Shown here in pieces: positions 12,387 through 24,062 of a stretch of DNA of 64,000 nt (position 1 is the first letter of the stretch; every line of letters begins with the position of its first letter). This DNA is from Squalus acanthias. Its lineage: Eukaryota. The notes beneath the pieces are model-generated. The model did no database searches. It was not told the DNA's origin and saw only the letters and a program-made list of their open reading frames with translations. The stretch spans positions 66,094,001-66,158,000 of the forward strand of contig CM059432.1 of assembly GCA_030390025.1 (NCBI GenBank), written 5' to 3'. The translations under genes and the position numbers were made by a program.

Positions 12387-14222
12387 CTGGAACATGGTGA
12401 GAGATGTTAGTGGCAACTATTGCCCATGATTTCCGGCACTCATCTTACCATAAATTAATAATAATAAATAAAGCAAAGACTTTGCATAATAGTTTTGCAC
12501 TGTTATATACTGTTTTCACCAAACCTATCTCAGTCATTACTGGTTGAAGGTCATCTCTAATTTTTACATTCTCAGAAAGGAACTGAGTGAACAGGATGTG
12601 CTGTTACCTTAGTTTAAATGGGAAACATGACTCTTTTATCTAATGTTGTGTTGTGATTGAAAGCAGTGACCTGTATTAGATTTATAATAGGGGAGCAGGT
12701 GTGGCTATGATGGACCTTAATTTCCTTTAATAAACCTTTTGTGCGCTGCACTCATATGGCAATACGATGCTCTCTGAGGCCCTACGCATAATAGGTTCAT
12801 TACTTTTGATTACTATGGTCTATTGAGAGAAAGAACTCCCCAACACACTATATTATATGCTGTTAAACCAATATATATACCATTTATTCATTTTCTTTCA
12901 GTAGTTCACATGCGGCACTTAGTGATTTTAACAACTGGCCTTCATAAATTAAACGATCAAAAGACACAACTGGTGTATTTTATAGCAGGTAGAATTAGCA
13001 TCCGTGCGATCTGTTTTCTTGCTGCATCCATCTCACAAGTTAGTCTAAATTTGATTTGGCTGTGCATAACAATAATAAATCTTTAATCTCACAAAACATT
13101 GTGGTAAATCGACAAGAGTGGATTTATAATATCTGGGGGAAAGATAAAGCAGGTCAGATTGACCTGACCAAGCTTTCTATTTTAGTAGCTTTTCTAAGAA
13201 GGAAATCTCTTCTGTTCGAAATTAATGAAGACTCTGACACACAAACATCCTCCGAACTAAACTAATTTCTGCGGCACATTGAAAATGTGTATAATTTGGA
13301 TGCAGCCACTAAAGGATAAAATTGCTTTGCAATATGTGGCAATAAAATGTAAGATTTATGGGCTTTATTTAAAAAAATGCAATCCTGGCTAGCTGTAGTT
13401 ATTAAAAAAATATTTAAGTAGGGCAGTGCTATATCTGCCATCACAAAATATATATAAACAATTCTTGCTGCAACTTCTGCTGCTTCTTCCACACTCTTCC
13501 CTGAATCATATTGGTAGGTTTGTTCCCTAACACCTGAGTGCAAGTTTGTGGGGTCTGACCAACTCAATTTTTTTTAAAAGTTTGATTTTCTTTGCAACAG
13601 GCAAAAATCTGAATTTTGCATAAGTAACACTGGAACATACAAGGGAAGCAAGCCTTATACAGACAATGATCGCACAGGAAACCCGATTAAAAACTTAAAA
13701 AGTAGGGTAAAGGAGAAGTGGGTAAGATCTCACATTTAATGCAGTTAACTAGCAATAATGCACTTGATATATGCAGTTCTGTCAAATTAAGGGCATGATA
13801 ACCTGATAGTTTGATTATCAGTCTTGCTCTTTATAATCAAGCCTATCCTCAATATAGCAAGACTTCATAGCCTAGAAATTACTGTTGGTAATATTATTAG
13901 AGAAACATGTAACACTTTCATATAAAATTCGCCTATCCACTATTTGAACAGAGGAACAATCCCATTTATTTCAAACAGGTTAACACCTCTGTTAAACTAA
14001 CAGAAAGAGAATGGCTACTGTAACAGTGTGCATCTCTAAAAATAGAAAATGAATGAACTGTAAATAAAGCTAATTAGCACTCTCTAATTTTGTTGTACAG
14101 CAAATTGTAAAGTAATCCCAGTTTAAAAAAAAATAGCTTCTAGGACCTTAGAGGTGTCAGAGTATCACTGCACCACTGAGCTTATCTGCAACAGAAATAT
14201 CTAATGAAGACACTAGGCTCAC

Positions 14223-14329
14223 CTTTGTCGGTTTGCCGTTACAGTTATCTGGTGCTTCACAGTGTCCAAGCTTTTCACTGTTTCCACGTATCAATGTCTG
14301 CTTTAACAGGTAATCCTGAAATTCATTCT
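14223..14329 (-). other. ST18: Upstream (5'UTR or N-terminal extension) exon of the ST18-like gene
   Basis: Strong acceptor tgtttttaatcttgcag and donor AAG|gtgagc; 107 nt. Only one frame is open (NEFQDYLLKQTLIRGNSEKLGHCEAPDNCNGKPTK), and it joins the ATG exon in frame. Confidence 0.75.
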
Positions 14330-14454
14330 CTGCAAGATTAAAAACATCAACAATAAACTCTTGCGTTTTGAAAGGAAATCAAAATGCAAAATCAAAAGGG
14401 CCTGTATGTTTTATCACAATCTTCTTATATGTTAACTCGGCTGTTTTTAAAAGG

Positions 14455-15560
14455 AAAGAAAGAAAAACTTCCATTTATTTAGTGCCTGTCACCACCACCG
14501 GATGTCCCAAAGCGCTTTACAGCCAATGAAGTACTTTTTGAAATGAAGTCACTGTTGTAATGTAGGAAACGCAGCAGCCAATTTGCGCACTGCAAGCTCC
14601 CACTAACAGCAATGTGATAATGACCAGATAATCTGTTTTAGTGATGTTGATTGAGGGATAAATGTTGGCTAGAACACTGGGGATAACTCACCTGCTCTTT
14701 GTCGAAATAGTGCCATAGGATCTTTTATGTCCACCTAACAGCAGATGGGGCCTTGGTTTAATGTCTCATCTGAAAGATGGCACCTCAGACAGTGCAGCAC
14801 TCCCTCAGTACTGCACTGGAGTGTCAGCCTCGATTTCTTGTGCTCAAGGGGGGTGATTTTGCCAATGGGGGCACGTTGGAGGCGGGACTACTGCTTGTCA
14901 GGTTTCAGTCCCGCCTCCATCGACTTGTGGCCAACCCACGCTATTTTCCCTTGATTGACCTTGTTAAGCCCGCCCAGCGGGCTTAGCAGGCCAATTAAGG
15001 GGAAGCTGGTTACAGAGAACATCAGCATATGATGTTTCATCTGTCAAAAATTTTTGACAGATGAATTGTCATTGTTTGACAGCTCTGTGAAGCTTTGACA
15101 GCTCTCTCACTTTTCACTCACCTCACATACTCACCTCTCCACACTTGCACTCATCACTCACCTCCACAGCGCACTTTTGCACCCCTCCGACCCCCGCAGA
15201 CCCTCTGCTCGGTGGGGTTTCCCGACGTCGGGAAGCCTGCGCCTCTGGTGGAAAAATGGGGATAATCCTCTTAACTGCCTGTTAACAGGCAGTTAAGTGG
15301 CTGTAATCCCCTACCCGCCTCCAGGAGACGGAACCCGGCGCGGGTCGGCTACCCACCTCCTGGGAAGATGGCACGGAGGCGGGTTGGGGGCGGGATGGGT
15401 ACCCGCCTCCAGATTCTGCCATTTTCCCGACAGAAGCGCCTCCAAACCTGCCCCCCCAGGGCTGGCAGAATCGCCCCTCAAGTCTCTGGAGTAGGACCTG
15501 CTCCCACAACCTTTTGACTCCGAAGCAAGGGTGCTACCAACTGAGCCACAGCTGACACTT
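14455..15560 (-). mobile_element. DeuSINE (SacSINE1-like), split by a Harbinger MITE
   Basis: Deu-like core gcagccaatttgcgcac.gcaagctcccac..cagcaatgtgataatgaccagataatc, L2-like tail at the left and tRNA-like head at the right. tgtgctcaa|gtctctggagt is rejoined across the insert. Confidence 0.85.
14848..15478. mobile_element. Harbinger-type MITE (same family as 43681-44461, opposite orientation)
   Basis: TIRs ggggggtgattttgcc / ggcagaatcgcccc; (t)caa duplicated at the flanks; long reverse-complement homology to 43681-44461. Confidence 0.85.
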
Positions 15561-17828
15561 AAGTCTTCGTTTTACCTTTGGCTCTATGTGACCACTTTGA
15601 ATGCTGACTGGTTATATAGCATGCAGAGCAGCACCAGTTATACAAACCATCATCACCAATTCTAATTTCTTAATCTAAGAAATCCACTGCACTGGATTAC
15701 AGTTAACCCTTGAAACTGAAGGTGCTGAACCAGAATTGGCTTTGTTTAAAGTAGTACATTGTAAGAGTAAAGCAAAGTTGTCAATATCTATTTCTCTTAT
15801 GACCAAACAGCCTGCATTCAAATACAGGACCCCAATTTACCCATGTAAAGTCTGGGGGGGGGACGAAATTCATTATAGCCCAGGAATGGGCGCTAACTTC
15901 GGAAAAGTTTGAGATTTAGCACCAGGTGCTAATGAATCTTGCTGCATGCAAAGCTCAGTGTCATCGCTCAAAGAGAGGACTGGAGTGCTAAATCAAGCGC
16001 AAATGACCTAGCTCAGTGGCGTTAGACTCAAAGTGCTAAGCAATTTCAGGTGCAGTCTAATCGCTAGTCATCATTACCACAGGTTCTTTCCAGTTCTTAA
16101 AGGGGAGGTTCAATCATGCTGCAGAACCTCATTCTCAGCATTGCTGGTTCTGCAGCTGTCTCAGCAAGCAGCAGAAGGCCAAGGAGAAGGAACCGGACCA
16201 CTGAAGGAGGTGTCATTATGGCAGATTAACGGCCCAGGGAGAGAGCTCGCAGATTCTGTGACCAGGCATTGAAGGCCTTGGTCTTCGCTGTGGAGAGATG
16301 GAGGGCGGTGCTGTACCCGGCAAGTGGCAGGAGGCCCTCGCCGCAAGTCTTCGGCGCCATGTGGAGGGAGGTTGCCCAGCAGGTCTCGGGCAGCACTGTG
16401 GTCCCCAGGACCCTCACACAGTGCAGGGAGAAATTTAACGACCTCACTCGGGTGGTCAGGGTGAGTCAATGCTTCAACAAATGCTACATATCACCGTCTG
16501 AACCACAGTCTGCACACACTGCCCAAAGCACCACACCCCCAGCACTCACCCACCAACAATCTCCACCTACCAACACTCACACCCACATCTCACACCTTGT
16601 ACACAATGACAGCTATTCAACTATGGCAGGCACATCTCCCAAACACATTGCTCCACACTCACTCACACACTTTCCTCTCTCTTACAGGCCAAGGTCGCTC
16701 ACAACAGGAGGAAGCAGGAGCACACAGGTGGGGGACAACCTGACACCCAACCACTTTCTGAGCTGGAGGAAAGAATGCTACAAATCATTGGGTGCCAGGT
16801 GGTGGACGCCGTGGCCAATGGCGACGTTGACCCCCTTGGGGACAAAAATGGTATGTTCATCCCTCCTCCTTCTTCTCACATCCCACTTTCCCCGCACCAC
16901 ACAAGCCTTTCCCACTTTCCAACTAATCACGCTGTATGCATGCCTTTCTCCCTTCCTGTCCCCTCTCCTCATCTTAACCCGAATATTGTGTCTTTATGCT
17001 TTCGGATAATGAGCAAGCAGCTGAGCAGCCTGTCCCTGAAGGTACCATTGAGAGCGAGGTGGGAGAAGGAGGAGGAAGAAGACACCGCGTCACTGCATGT
17101 CTCACCCGCAGGCACCAGCTCAGATACTGGCACTATGCGTTCTTTACAGGCTAGTATAATAGCGGGATTTGCACAGGGTGATGCACCGGGAATGAGCGGG
17201 CTGCAGCAAGGCCGGGGGAAAGGGTAGCTCGGGAGTCAACTCCCCAGAGGGCGAGTTCGCATTCGATTTCTGCTGCGAAGGACTCGGATGTGGACCTCAA
17301 TGGGGAGGTCTTTAGAAGGGTGATGGACATGCACACGGAGATGATAGGTGCAATGGCAAGGGTGCCAGAGAGCCTCTCGCCAATGGTAAGGAGCGTGGAG
17401 GAGTCCGCCTCCAACATGGCACAAGGCTCTGCGCAGAGCATGGGGCCAGGGTTTCCAGTCTGCAAAGGATGGTAGACTCCCAGAGAGACCGTGGCGACCC
17501 AGACCTCATGCCGCGTGTGATGGGCGATGTTGCAGCTTCCATTGCAGCACAGGCGGAAGCCACGCAACGTCTTAGTGCTGTAATGCAGTCTATGCTTGGT
17601 GCCATCAATTCTCAGACTGCTCTCATGCAGTCTCAGCTTGATGCCACACAAACTCTGACTCCTGCCATTGTGGCGGGATCGACCATCGTCCACCGTCCAC
17701 CAGGTCTTTCACAGTGTTGCAGCAGGCCAGCAATCTGTGCTCCAGCAGATTAGTAGTGATGCTGAGGTGCTGCCCCGGGGGAGTGGCAGTGGGTCAGTGA
17801 AGCAGGAAGCTGCTGTCCTCTCTCAGGA

Positions 17829-18033
17829 CACCCCCTGGGACACATCTCATTGTCTTGGCTGTGCTCTTTGTTGTAGGGAATAATGTGAATAGATTTTGTC
17901 TGGGTTTAAATTGTGAATTCTGGGAGATTCTCTCATTGCTAACTTACCTGACGAAGGAGCGAACTGCTTCGAAAGCTTGTAAAATTAAATAAATCTGTTG
18001 GACTATAACCTGGTGTTGTGCGACTTCTCATTT
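17829..18033 (+). mobile_element. Penelope-like element pLTR fragment
   Basis: 205-bp insert flanked by an 11-bp duplication ctctctcagga (17818-28, 18034-44). Contains a hammerhead core followed by aataaa. Confidence 0.8.
17944..17982 (+). ncRNA. Minimal type I hammerhead ribozyme (Penelope-type)
   Basis: ttac-CTGACGA-a-ggagc gaact gcttc-GAAA-gctt-gtaa: conserved core, 5-bp stem II, palindromic aagctt stem III region and stem I ttac/gtaa. Confidence 0.8.
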
Positions 18034-18493
18034 CTCTCTCAGGATGACAGCATTCCTGCTCCCACCACTGCCACCCCGCCATTGCCCTTGTCGCTGCCTG
18101 TCATCCAGCCAGCCCAGATTGCTGCCATCCATGCTGAGGTGATGCAGTGTACAGCCGGGCCTTCCAGGCCCAGAGCTGGTCGAGGGTGTCCTGCAAGGCC
18201 ATCTGTAGTCTCTGGCACTGACACTCAGCAGCCTTCCACCAGCCCTGCTGCAGCCACTGGGCCTACACTTCGTAGGAGCACTAGAGTAGGCAAAGGCACT
18301 GTAACAAGAGGCACTAAGGGATTGCACAAGGGTGAATAGCTAATATTGTTGTAAATATGAGTTCATTGATTACTGATTAATTAGCTTTGGATAATTTTGT
18401 GGTGTCTCTCATTTGAGCTTTGCACTGTGATATGGCCTGCAACAGGAATGGAATGATGGGGATGTGGTGAGCAATGGGGATCTGGGATTTAAT

Positions 18494-19588
18494 TTATTGG
18501 AACTGCAGTCTGATGAGGTGGTCACGGACTGCCCTCCCAAAAGGCAGATTGAGTGGCTGCCTCTTCCCTCGCTCCTGTTCTATGTCCTCATCCTCATCCT
18601 CCTCCTCCTCCTCTCTCTCTTCCTCCTCCTGAGGTGGTCCCGCAATCCTTGGTGGCAAGGGCTGGGCCCTCATGATGGCCAAGTTGTGGAGCATGCAGCA
18701 GACCACGACAAAATGGGACACCCACTCAGCCGAGTACTGGAGGGCTCCTCCCGAGTGGTCAAGGCAGCGGAACCATTGCTTGAGCACCCCGATGGTCTAT
18801 TCGATGATATTCCTGGTGGTGGCATGGCTCTCATTATATGGGTTGCGGAGGGGAGTCGTGACCCAGGTGGAGAGCGGATAGCCCTTGTCTCCGACCAGCC
18901 AGCCGCGAGCTGGCACAGGTTTGGCGCAGGTCTGGCGCAGGTTGAAGGCAGCGTGGCTGTTGCCAGGATTGTGAGCATTGACATTGAGGATTCGCTGTCT
19001 GTGGTTGCACACCAACTGCACATTAAGTGAGTGGTAGACTTTGCAGTTATGGAAGATCTCAGGATTGTTATGCCCGCAAAGCCACGTGGGTGTAGTCAAT
19101 GGCGCCCTGCACCATGGGGAAGCCCGCTATCCTGGCAAAGCCACATACACATACATCCTGGTTCCCTCTGGTGATGGGGAAAGAAATGTAGTCCCTTCTC
19201 TTGCTGCAGAGAGCCTCTGTGACCTCCCGGATGCATTGATGGACGGTGAACTGAGATGTTCGCTATATCTCCTGTTGCAGACTGGAAGGAACCGCTGGCG
19301 AAGAAATTGAGGGTGACGGTGACCTTGACTGCCACTGAGAGCGGTGGTCAACCTGATCTGAGGCTCGAGGTCTGGTTGCAGGAGGTGGCAGAGTTCGGTG
19401 ACCACTTCCTTGCTGAATTGAAGGTAGGAGAAGTGCTCTCGGAATAGCCTCAGAGGGTAAGGCCTCCTGTTGAGAGCCTTGATGGCCCTCCTCCTCCCTC
19501 TGGCCACATCTTGCAATCTTTCTCACTGCCTCCGCTCCCTCCACAGTAGATCCTGGAGGGTGAAGTCGGCTGCCAGTACAGCCCCCAT
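18494..19588 (-). pseudogene. HARBI1-like Harbinger DDE transposase, disrupted
   Basis: Fragments across frames: [85 protein letters not shown]. Confidence 0.92.
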
Positions 19589-20550
19589 TAATGCAATGAT
19601 GTGTAACACTTTGAAATTTTGTCAGAATAAATGTAAGAAATTTTTAGTAGCCACAAACACTCCTGATACTAAAGAACCTTTAATTGACTGAATTAAACTC
19701 TTGCACAATTGCAAACTGACATGGAAGCAGTGAAACAGCACTAACCTGACAGCTGCAACTTATTCATTTAAATAGCACCCCTGGAGCCGCCATCTGCCTG
19801 TCGTTGTCGGGGCGAGGCGCTAAGGCAGGGGGGTGATAATCAATTTGGCAGATCGGGCGCTCAGTGAGCATTGCACACTCACTGATGTCACGATTTGCCT
19901 GGTTCTAAAGCCCCAGGCGCTAACTGTTAGTGGCAGCGCTAAGGGGCGACTGGATTTGGCGTGTGGCGCTGGATTCACCTCGTTCCAGCGCTACTTCATT
20001 AATGCCCCGTTAGCGCCCCCGACAGGTGCTAACTGGAGGCGCTAACCAACCGAATTTCTCCCCCTGGGTGGTACTGCCTTTGTATTTTTCCATTATGCAC
20101 TACCTTTGTTTTTTTATTATGTGGACAGTTGCTCACAGTGGTATAGAAGCAAATATTTTTGCCCCACCTTTTGTTATCAGTGCTCAGTGAAATGGGATGC
20201 GCGGTGTTCAGAAGGGAATCCGCATTCTTCTCAATTTTTGTTAGTTTTAACTTAGACATATTTAACAAAAGGGTTTTTTTTGTATGTGTTTGGGTTGCTC
20301 TCTTGTCAAGAACATTATTCCAACCTGATTTCAATAAAAAAAATTCCTTTTCAATTTTTGTAGTAAGATTTTAATCGGATCAGTGGCATGTGTTTGGTCT
20401 TCAGTATCTGAACCGGGAGGTTACTTCAGTGTTATCACACTAATTCTGTCTTTTTAATCTAATGGTTTAATCTGGTGTCTCTTAATTATGGTTAGATTTA
20501 TTAGCCTACAAATGACTCATGCTTAACACATGCCTATTGCATTACATATA

Positions 20551-20657
20551 TGGCAGTGTAATGGTTAAATTATTGGACTAGTAATCCAGAGGCCTGGACT
20601 AATAATCCAGCTAATGTGAGTTCAAATCCCACTATGAAAGTTTGAGAACTTGAATTT
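20551..20657 (+). mobile_element. Truncated tRNA-derived SINE head
   Basis: tggcagtgtaatgg...ctagtaatccagaggcctggactaat...gagttcaaatcccac, homologous to 5672-5760. Confidence 0.7.
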
Positions 20658-21075
20658 GGCTCGAGAAGCTGGGATTGTTCTCCTTCGGGCAACACAAATT
20701 AAGGGAGATTTAACAGAGGTATTCAAAATTATGAAGGGTTTTGATAGAGTAGAAAGGGAGAAACTGTTTCCATTGGCATGAGGGTTAGTAGCCAGAAGAC
20801 ACAGATTTAAGATAATTGGCTAAATAACCAGAGGGGAGATGAGAATGTTTCTTATGCAGCAAGTTGTTACAATCTGGAATGCATGGCCTGAAAGGGTGGT
20901 GGAAGCAGATTCAATAGTAACTTTCAAAAGGGAATTGGATATATACTTGTAAAGGAAAAATTTACAGGGCTATGGGGAAAGAGCAGGGGAGTGGGACTAA
21001 TATGATAGCTCTTACATAGACCTGGCACAGGCACAATGAGACGAATGGCCTCCTGTGTTGTATCATTCTATGACA
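20658..21075 (+). mobile_element. CR1 3' fragment
   Basis: Begins LEKLGLFS, then LRGDLTEVFKIMKGFDRV; tail attctatga. Confidence 0.85.
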
Positions 21076-21767
21076 TTCCTTTGCTTGCCTTTTTAACAGA
21101 GGGTATCTGTGTTTATTTTAAATAAATTAACATCTGTTAAAATAGCAGAGACTGGAAGGTCAAATAAACAGGTTAAGCTTTCAATGGTTATTTTTGTAAA
21201 CAGTTATTTCTAGGCTACTGTGATTTAAAAAGTAAGCACTAATATTAATCTTTGTACTTCAATATAAATAATAGGGTTAACAAAATCAGAACTAAAACTT
21301 GGTTGGGTTGCTTGTAGTTTTTGTAGAATCTTCGGGCTAAATTTTACAAATTAATGCACCTGGTCTAAAGCTTTGCATGCCGGAAGCTCATATCTGGAAT
21401 TTGAGTGCCTTGGTCAGTGCAGGATTTTCCATTCATTTAAGGTTTTCAATTTTTAGATGTGCACTTCCATCACAGGCAGCTCCATGTCTGTAGCTCAGAT
21501 TCATAACGTCTACCCTTTGGCCTCAATTGGAGAGTCCAGTTCCAATCCCAGTCTATGCAGAACTCAGGCATTCTCCCGATTTTGAACAAGTCACCATGGA
21601 CAGTGGGAAAACTAGCCAAGAGGGGCCCATGATTTGTTCATCTGACTTCTGTGTATTTATCAAGGACTAACGTTAGTAGAAATTTACATATCTGGATAGT
21701 CCTTATTCTTGGAGATAAAGTGCATGAATACATTTCAATGTAGGAGTTCTAACTTCATAAAATCATA

Positions 21768-22005
21768 CTCCACATAGCTGAAGTCCTTCATCCCTGGTAC
21801 CAATCTGGTAAATCTCCTCCGCACCCTCTCCAATGCCTTGACATCCTTCTTAAAGTGTGGTGCCCAGAATTGGATACAATACTCTAGCTGAGCCCTAACC
21901 AGTGATTTATAAAGGTTTACCATAACTTTCTTGCTTTTTTCCTCTATGCCTCTATTTATAAAGCCAAGGATCCCATATGCTGTTTTAAGAGCCTTATCAA
22001 CTTGA
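21768..22005 (-). mobile_element. CR1 RT C-terminal fragment
   Basis: ORF 21735-22010: GILGFINRGIE...LYKSLVRAQLEYCIQFWAPH...GMKDFSYVE. Confidence 0.88.
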
Positions 22006-22680
22006 ATCAATACTTTAAATTAGTCCATTTATTGATCATTATGGTGCCATTTTAGGACCAATAAAATGGACTATTAAAGTAAAGAATCAAAATGCTAGAG
22101 TAGTAATTTATTTTTTTAATGTCATGTTCAGACACAATACCATACAAGCACTCCTAGCATGGCAGATATTGCGGCACTAAACCTTACCACATCAGCCTGT
22201 TAATAATGAGATATAATCCACATGTGTCACCTGATCTGTATTATAGGTGTTAGAAAAATGTGCAAAAATCATTTGGATTTCATGAGTAGCTTTAAGGGGC
22301 AAAACTCTTGTTTAGTGCTATTGCTAGTTACTGGTGGTGCTGGGACAATAACATTTAGCCTCCAAACACTTTTTGTGCTCTTCACCTTTAGTTCAATATT
22401 TAGAGTACTGTTATTTTAATTACAAATGGTATGAAGCCAAAACTCCAAAAAAGTACAATGCCACAAAGCAGCATCAGCTTGCTGATTAGGGCATCACTTG
22501 TCAGATTTCAAAAATGTGAATAAAACGCAATGGAAGAAAGGATGAACGTCAATGGACTTTCTCTTAGAAAGCTAAAGTCAAATTTGAATGATTCCTTCAG
22601 CCTTAGTATGTTGTAATGCACTTATTCCAGGGTAAGTTCTGTTTTATTTTGGTAAATTGGCATTGATATTAATACACCTG

Positions 22681-23397
22681 GGGCTAGAAATTTGCCTCCT
22701 TTGCGCCTCCAGGGTCGATAACGGGGCGCTAATGACTTACCGCCCGGGCGAGGCGATAGTACCGCCCCCGCAAAATTCACCTGGCAGTTTGCGGTTGCAG
22801 TAACCCCTAGTGCCACAATCTCCTGCGCCCGGAAATCATGATGTCATCTGGCTGCGCAGCGCCCAAGACGCGAATTTTGGTTCCGCTCCCTGCAGCATCG
22901 GCGGGCGATAACACTGACAGCTGCAGGAGACGTTGTTCCGGAGGTCAGGTGCTTTGGGAGCGCTAATTAAAGGTAAGGCTGCTGGTCTTCAGTAGAAATA
23001 TGTTTCCTTCCTTTAGGGTGCATTTCGAAAATTTTAAATGGTGCGATTGATCAGCCCTGCACTCTGTTAGCGTGCTTGGGGCTGATCGTCGAGGACCCCG
23101 GCTGCTATCAGCGATGAGGGAGATCGTTCAAATGCAGAGCCTGCAGCAATGGCCCTTCCCTTTAATGGAGGGAAGGAGCCCTCGGATCCCGGCAGCGCTG
23201 CAGTGAGCATTGTGCAGCACTGCACCTCTACTGCACATCGCCCCCCCTCACCCCCCTGCTTGGTTTAGCGCTCGACTTCCTTCCTGGAGCGCTGACACTG
23301 AATTTACCGTAAGCTGAGAATGATTAGCACCTGCCGCTAATTTTTCCAGCTTTCAAAATTTAGTGTCCCAAACGGGGCGATACCGAATTTCTCCCCC
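22681..23397. mobile_element. Harbinger MITE
   Basis: TIRs gggctagaaatt / aatttctccccc; CTG TSD on both sides; gcgctaa-type subterminal repeats. Confidence 0.85.
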
Positions 23398-23629
23398 CTG
23401 GTCTCACAGTTCCTTAGAACAGTCTTTAATTATTCAAATCACCAAATATTAATGAGCTGATCTACATAAATTCCAGTGTAATTTCACATTGAAGCTATGG
23501 AATTCTAGAGGAGAGCCAGGGAGGACACAGCCTTCCTCCGTGCTGCACAAATACCATAGCTGTTTCCTCCCAATGCTCAAAAATATACGTAATTTTATTC
23601 AAAGTAAGAATAAGTAGCAACAGTTTATC

Positions 23630-23900
23630 AGAAGAAAGTGTTTCCACTGGCGGGAGAGTCAGTAACCAGAGGACACAGATTTAAGGTCATTAAAAGAACC
23701 AGAGGGGAGATTAGAAGTATTTTTTTAAGCAGCAAGTTGTTATGATCTGGAACACACTGCTTGAAGGGGTGGTGGAAGCAGTTTCAATAATAACTTTCAA
23801 AAGGGATTTGGATAAATACTTGTAAAGGAAAAATGTACAGGGCTATGGGGAAAGAGCAGGGGAGTGGGACTAATTGGATAGCTCTTTCTTTGAATATGGC
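23630..23900 (+). mobile_element. CR1 3' fragment
   Basis: Close match to 20760-21010. Confidence 0.8.
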
Positions 23901-23929
23901 CTCCCTCTTTGGATGACTGTACACAGGGA

Positions 23930-24062
23930 TTGATAGTTTCCCTTTCCTACAATACAACAGTAACTACACTTCATACGTATTTCATTGGCTGTAAAGCGCT
24001 TTGGGACGTCCTGAGGTCATGAAAGAAGCTATATAAATGCAAGTTTTTCTTTCTTTCTTCTT
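23930..24062 (+). mobile_element. DeuSINE 3' tail fragment
   Basis: cattggctgtaaagcgctttgggacgtcctgaggtcatgaaag..gctatataaatgcaag followed by (ttct)n. Confidence 0.75.

Larger units (their letters stand above)
16190..18339 (+). pseudogene. Harbinger Myb/SANT-like DNA-binding gene, intron-containing
   Basis: ALVFAVERWRAVLYP...MWREVAQQVSGSTVVPRTLTQCREKFNDLTR. Donor gtgagt at 16461; exon 16688-16850 (ttacag| ... |gtatgt); C-terminus ends TLRRSTRVGK. Frameshifted. Start position approximate. Confidence 0.85.
15855..20063. mobile_element. PIF/Harbinger DNA transposon A (two convergent genes), decayed
   Basis: TIRs gggg..acgaaattc / gaatttctcccc; CTG TSD (15852-54, 20064-66); Myb/SANT gene on +, DDE transposase on -. 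Confidence 0.92.

Noticed and set aside
13262..13567. 101-aa minus-strand ORF (GVREQTYQYDSGKSVEEAAEVAAR)
   Set aside because: No good donor, no recognised homology, and it lies between two exons that already join in frame.
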